A stretch of 53,741 bases of DNA, counting the filler, from Squatina squatina (taxonomy: Eukaryota), in assembly GCA_031763465.1 (NCBI GenBank). It is 3 parts of 3 records of this genome, joined end to end, with 100 filler letters (N's around TTAATTAATTAA, not from the genome) between each part and the next. Parts side by side here need not be neighbours in the genome. Positions count along the whole stretch, not along the records: positions 40,037 to 53,741 come from JARFOE010000162.1; 2 more parts are not named here. One strand, given 5' to 3'. The notes under the pieces are model-generated. The model did no database searches, had not been told where the DNA came from, and was given only the letters and a program-made list of their open reading frames with translations. The stretch's first letter is position 1, and every line of letters begins with the position of its first letter. Positions 48,050-53,741 of the stretch are shown piece after piece. A program made the translations under genes and the position numbers.

Positions 48050-48390
48050 GCCTTTATTACCCATCCCTAGATGCCCGTACTAGACATTTGCTATAACTGA
48101 GTGGCTTGCCAAGCCAGTTCAAAGAACAGTCAAGAGTCAACCATGTTGGAATGGGACTGAAGTGGCAAATAAGCCAGACTAGGTAAGGATGGGAGATTTT
48201 CTTCCCTAAAAGAAGTAAGTGAACCAGTTGCATGTTTACATTAATCCAACAGCCTCAAGGTCACTTATACTGATATCAGCTTTCTTTATTTCCAGATTTT
48301 TAAAAACTGAATTCAAATTTGCCACCTACCATGGTGGGATTTGAACTCACATGCTCTGGACTACTAGTCCAGAAAAATGACTACACTATC
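48050..48390 (-). mobile_element. tRNA-derived SINE, near full length
   Basis: Reverse-complement match to the 29450-29745 element, including head and tail. Confidence 0.7.
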
Positions 48391-48399
48391 ATAACATCT

Positions 48400-48720
48400 G
48401 GAGTTAGAAGCTATACTCGGGGTCAAATAAGATGCCAAGGTTGCAACCAGTCTGGTTGAGCCAAAGGCAATGGCTGGGTAGGTGGCAGGAGTTGGTCGTG
48501 AGTGTACCTAGATTGTGATGGGGGAAGATTATGGATTTGGCCTTACCAATGTTTAGCTGGAGGAAATTACGTCTCATCCAAGACTGAATGTCATACATAT
48601 AGCATGACTACATAGAGGCAGTGGAGAAGTAGAGCTGGGTGTCATCAGTGTACATGTGGAAGCTGATCGCATGTCTGTGGATGATGTTACCAAGGGACAG
48701 CTTGTAATTGTGGAAGAGAA
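48400..48720 (-). mobile_element. L2-clade LINE RT fragment
   Basis: FHMYTDDTQL (from YADD), DIQSWMRRNFLQLNIGK, NLGILFD. Confidence 0.8.
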
Positions 48721-50636
48721 GCCAGTTTAAGGATGAATCCTTAGGGGTTTTCAAGCCTCGATTAGCATTTATCCCAATGAATTCCTTTTGAGAAGCATCA
48801 TCTTTCCTATAATTTCCAGGAATCTCTTGACCTTTAAAAATATTCCAACTAGAATTTGTATTGGATGTTCAACAACTGACTGCTAGTGAACACAACCTCA
48901 TGCTTCTCTTTTGCCTAGTTGGAAGTATAGACTCACATCCAGTATGTTTTCTCCTTACCAAACTGAACATTTTTCACCAAAGTCAAAGCTTATGTGTATA
49001 CCTCCTCAAAGACTAAAAAGCTATTTCTTCTCTCACTCAGCTGGCCCATTCCCATCCTTCCATTCAATCACCAGGATCGCAGCCTTAAGGACTAATTGCA
49101 CTCCCAGCAAGGGGCCACATTTGCAGTGTGTATGAATCGGAAATTGGAGCTAAAATATTGCAGCCNNNNNNNNNNGTGCAGTAAATTACAAATGAAGGTT
49201 ATTGGAGTAGACAATATATATTGGCTTGAGGCAATTTCTGCAGAGAGAAGTTCATTGACAGATATGGTGAGAAGATGGGTAGGTGGAGTTCTATTAAAAA
49301 GAGATGAGCTTGATGGGCTTTGAAGTCGTTTCCAGTTCTTATAAATGTTTGCTTTTTATCTAACACTAATGGTTGGATACACAGTCTGTGTACAGAGAAT
49401 TTGACCAGATGTGAGATGTTAGGCACCATCTTTATTAAAAAGAAACTTGTTCTCACCGTCTGCTTGCTCCCCATGNNNNNNNNNNNNNNNNNNNNNNNNN
49501 NNNNNNNNNNNNNNNNNNNNNNNNNNNNNNNNNNNNNNNNNNNNNNNNNNNNNNNNNNNNNNNNNNNNNNNNNNNGCCTGCCTCTCTTGTTCCTCCTAAA
49601 CTCCAATGTCCCACACGGTCTTGCTCCTCCCTACTCCCCAACATGTTGAAATCAAAACTCGTCATAACCCCCACTACTTTAAATCATTCCTTTGCATGGT
49701 CTTAAAGCCTGGGAACTCTGCATCTCCCTCAGTCTTCCTTTCCTTCCATAATATTGAGGCTTTTAAACCCCATTCTTGCCATCAGCTTACCACAACTTCC
49801 TGGATTTACCTTACCATTCCTTTTACTCTTTTTGACAATTTGGTGCAATACACTGGGGGCAGTGGGCCTTCACCATGGTTTCCCAACAGTTATTTTTACT
49901 ACTAAGGTAGAAAGGTTGACTACCATAAAGCACCTCATCATATGCGTACGAACTACTAACCTTCTGACAGATCTGATGACTAGGCAGCTCCAGAGATCTT
50001 AGCACACCATGTCTAAAATTGAGAGTCATAATTGTGATGCTTGATCTCAGTATATTTTTCAAGCGAGACTTTAATATTTGGTGGGGGGTAGGGGGGAGAT
50101 TCTAATTGTTGTCATCTCTTTGATTCTCACTTCCACCCTTAATGTCACTTTCTTTTCCTGGACTATCATCTGTTTGCGATAATTCTCCGTTTCATTTTAA
50201 TCTGGCACTGTCACCATGTAATTCTCAGCTCCTGTCGGCTGCCACACTTTTATACATGCATTTTCATGCCCATAAGAACTTTATTATCATTTACTTTTGA
50301 CACCAGTTAGAGGCAATTGCTCACAGCTCCCACTAAACAGGCAATATAATCAATATCTCCACAAAACCCACAGTGGATCTCTGTCAAAAGATCTGTCAAC
50401 AGCTTAATTTCGTATTGAAATTCATGCAAGATAGTTCTTCTTGAATATTTCTTTCAGGAGAGCCATGTCATATTGGAATTTATCCAACGCTCTCATCACC
50501 TGTCTCCTGAGGCCCACACTGCACTTATTCTAATTCNNNNNNNNNNNNNNNNNNNNNNNNNNNNNNNNNNNNNNNNNNNNNNNNNNNNNNNNNNNNNNNN
50601 NNNNNNNNNNNNNNNNNNNNNNNNNNNNNNNNNNNN

Positions 50637-50995
50637 CGCGCTACAAAACTAAATGGAAGCTTATTCCATAAATAATTTTAAAAGGAAGTTGGACAGGTAC
50701 TTGAGGATGAGGAACTTACAGGGTTACAGACTAAAAGCAGGGAATATGGGATCAATGTTTCCTCTAATTTATTTTGGGGTGTGCGACCCCTTTAAAGGGC
50801 TGCGTGGGTCATTGGAATTTCCACGCTTGCGCGGTTTTTCCATTTTAAAGCCAGTGAGCCGGCTGCACGGGACCTCCAGACTTCCGTGTGGTCGCACAGC
50901 TTAACAGGAACATTGTGTGGAACTAAGCATGTCTGCCCTTTCAAAGAGCCAGTACGGACATGACGGGCCGAATGGCCTCCTTCTGGCCTGTAAGC
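50637..50995 (+). mobile_element. CR1 3' end interrupted by a MITE
   Basis: FKRKLDRYL, then the UTR resumes after 50915 with GGGCCGAATGGCCTCCTTCTG. Confidence 0.75.
50753..50915. mobile_element. 163-bp hAT-like MITE
   Basis: TIRs CAATGTTTCCTCTAA / TTAACAGGAACATTG; degenerate 8-bp flanks TATGGGAT / TGTGGAAC. Confidence 0.6.
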
Positions 50996-51875
50996 CTCAA
51001 TGAGTCTATGAAATGTGGGACAACAAGTTGCTAAGCCTGCCCTCCCGAGAGCCAGACTGCAATATGAAAGCAACCCAAAAATAGTAGAGAGGAATGGGGT
51101 ACGGTCACATCAGGCATTTGGATGATAACGTCGGTAGCAGTATTTCGACCCTTATAATTTTTCTCATGGTGTCTTGTTGCCAAGCGGAATCCAGAGCACA
51201 TTAATTTGTGAATGGAAACTCTTGCACATTTGGATTGCTTGATAAGATCTGTGTTACCAACCAGAAATTAATCTGTTTTCAGCGCAACATCAACAGATGT
51301 CTGACAGCAATGGTCGTTGAACTGCACAGCATTATCATTTCATCCTGCCTCCTCTTATCATGGCAGCGTTATCAATCTTTCATAAGTGAAGACACTGATC
51401 TCCCATTTTTCTCCACCTCCAGGGTGTCTCATCTGAAGCTTTTCAATCTTTCAAACCAATCTACCAATTACTTTTCATCTAAAACACTTTCCGGATGAGC
51501 CTTCAGTTACATTATCCCAATAGACCTCTGCTGGGATAATATTGGGGGTTGCAGAGTTTTATAACGACAGCCATTCTCTACAGTGTAATGTGCAGTGTAT
51601 TATTATATAATGAGGGTAGTATTTACCTCTCCATAGCCCTTTCCTAATAATTTTAAAGGAAATGCCTTGAGGAAAAGTATTGCGAATCTGGACCTGAGTA
51701 TGATGTGCCCTGTCCCTTTTGGGCCCACGAAGCCTCATTGCTGTAAGCAGGCACTTCCTGGAGTGGGTTTGTGGANNNNNNNNNNNNNNNNNNNNNNNNN
51801 NNNNNNNNNNNNNNNNNNNNNNNNNNNNNNNNNNNNNNNNNNNNNNNNNNNNNNNNNNNNNNNNNNNNNNNNNNN

Positions 51876-52030
51876 ATCACATTGCTGTTTGTGGGAGTTT
51901 ACAAATTGGCTGCCGTGTTTCCCACATTATAACAGTGCCTACACTCCAGAATGTACTTCATTGGCTGTAAAGCACTTTGAGATGTCCGGTGGTCATGAAA
52001 GTCGCTATATAAATGCAAGCCTTTCTTTAT
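51876..52030 (+). mobile_element. Deu-SINE 3' part
   Basis: CATTGCTGTTTGTGGGAG..GTAAAGCACTTTGAGATGTCC..GCTATATAAATGCAAG. Confidence 0.75.
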
Positions 52031-53741
52031 TTATTTTCTTCATTTATAAGCTTGGAGTAAACTGCCTTCAATCAGTTCTAAGTTGCAGTAACGTACAGTC
52101 ATGTGAGTTGACTCTACATTACCATGTGTGTACAGTGGATATTAATGCACACGAGAGACCAATATATAGTGGGTTAAATTGTGCAGAAATAGCTGACAGA
52201 AGCTATCTGAAATACTCTGATTTGTGTCACAATAAGCTTTTCTATCTCTCGTGGTGATGGTAAAGTAATTGATGGATGCATATGAAACACAATAGAGGTG
52301 AGAATGCATCGTGATGAACAGAGATTATACATATAACGTATTGTACTGTAAGATCATGCCATTATTGTCAGGCCATCGAAGAGTACAATAATATCTGGGC
52401 TTCAATATACGTCAAACTTCATTAGTTGGAAAGCTGTCACATGCCTGAACTCATTTCCTCTGCTTTCAATCAGGCGCACACAGTGCAGTTTTTACTGAAT
52501 TGGTCTCCAGTGCTACAAGCAATTCCTTTCAAATTAACACCTTGAAAATTGAACCAATTCTGAACAAGTGAACAAAACAGTGACAAAAAAAGATTTCAAT
52601 GTAAGCTGATTTCTGCTGCTTGTACCATTTTAAGCTGCATGCCTTTGTTAAGTGAAAATGTTTATTCCGCCTGCATTTTTCACTGCCCAAGTGATGCTCT
52701 GGTGTCTCCTTGGATTGTGTCCCAACGCGGGAAAGCAGGCCTTTTACTGTTTGCCAAACGCATCAAGCTAAATGTGAGATTGCACCCTGCACTTCTGGTC
52801 ACAATTCAGGGTCTCGCAAATATCCTCCTGGAAAGCACATTCCTTGCGTGCCAGTTAATAGACTTCCTGAACACAAGGCTTTGTTTAAAGGGACTTACTC
52901 GNNNNNNNNNNNNNNNNNNNNNNNNNNNNNNNNNNNNNNNNNNNNNNNNNNNNNNNNNNNNNNNNNNNNNNNNNNNNNNNNNNNNNNNNNNNNNNNNNNN
53001 NAAGCAGGCGTTGACATCCTTTCGCACCAGCCTCGAGGGCCGCGAGGCAATTTCCCCCGTGGGGCAGAAAGGGGTCGTCACGTGCAGCGATGACATCACC
53101 GCCAGCTGCGCCATGCTGCCCTGACAATGACGCCACAAACTCGCGGACAATTTTCCCTGAGTTGATAGCGCAGCCCTCCCCCACCCCCCTCGCTGGTGAA
53201 AAGTCTCTTCCGCTCCGTTAGTGACTCCCAGCGTCACTGGCCAACCTCTAAAAAAGGGGAAATTTCACCCTCTTGGAGCTGACAGGCAAGAGTTAGCTTT
53301 TGTACCGTCGGTCCAGGGTGGATTTGATTTAGGATCTCAGTGTCTAAACCTTTGTCCCACTCAACAGCCGTTTTTGAAGAACTTTCATTTTCTAAGACAT
53401 GAATTTGACAACTGTACCTTCACACCGATACTGACAGCACATCAAAACCACTTGCCATTCCGTCTCATTGTGTAGCTTTCCTGATCCTGGCATAACACTT
53501 TATTGCTTAATCTTTACCCAAGCATAAAACGTCCCCCAATTACTCATGCTTTCATTTCTCAGCACATTGGGTATTGTCAGTAAGGCCCGTCAGTCATCAC
53601 TCGCACACTAATAGCCCTGTGTAAAAGATCACATTTGGCATAATAAAACTCTTTTAATTTCCATTCGCTCACTGCGTGAGAGATTAAATGTACCGCGATA
53701 CAAATTGGTTCTTATTTCCCCCTCTGTAAGCTGTCTGTGGA

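Overview
Eukaryotic vertebrate DNA, most likely from a shark or other cartilaginous fish judging by the repeat landscape (CR1/HER1-type LINE tails, Deu-domain SINEs, Penelope-like, Vingi, L2 and RTE fragments). It is a highly fragmented short-read scaffold: dozens of small contigs joined by 10-N/100-N gaps and two artificial 44N-TTAATTAATTAA-44N linkers, so adjacency across gaps is not reliable. Recognisable genes: a divergent CpG-island promoter pair with candidate first exons; a multiply disrupted GVIN1/URGCP-like very large inducible GTPase (VLIG) pseudogene plus an uninterrupted but truncated VLIG GTPase segment; five 3' exons of a TRIM-B30.2 gene; a complete two-exon GPR139/142-like orphan GPCR; a small tRNA cluster (Ser-GCT fragment, intron-containing Ile-TAT, and Pro-TGG with a 17-nt insert at the canonical intron site); a self-overlapping contig that implies a stop-free 999-bp (333-aa) coding tandem repeat with SPATA31/FAM205-like motifs; and the 3' part of PCDH20. 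No prokaryotic system or CRISPR array is present. The 999-bp in-frame coding repeat and the intron-bearing tRNA-Pro are the most unusual observations. All family assignments come from recalled sequence motifs, not database searches.
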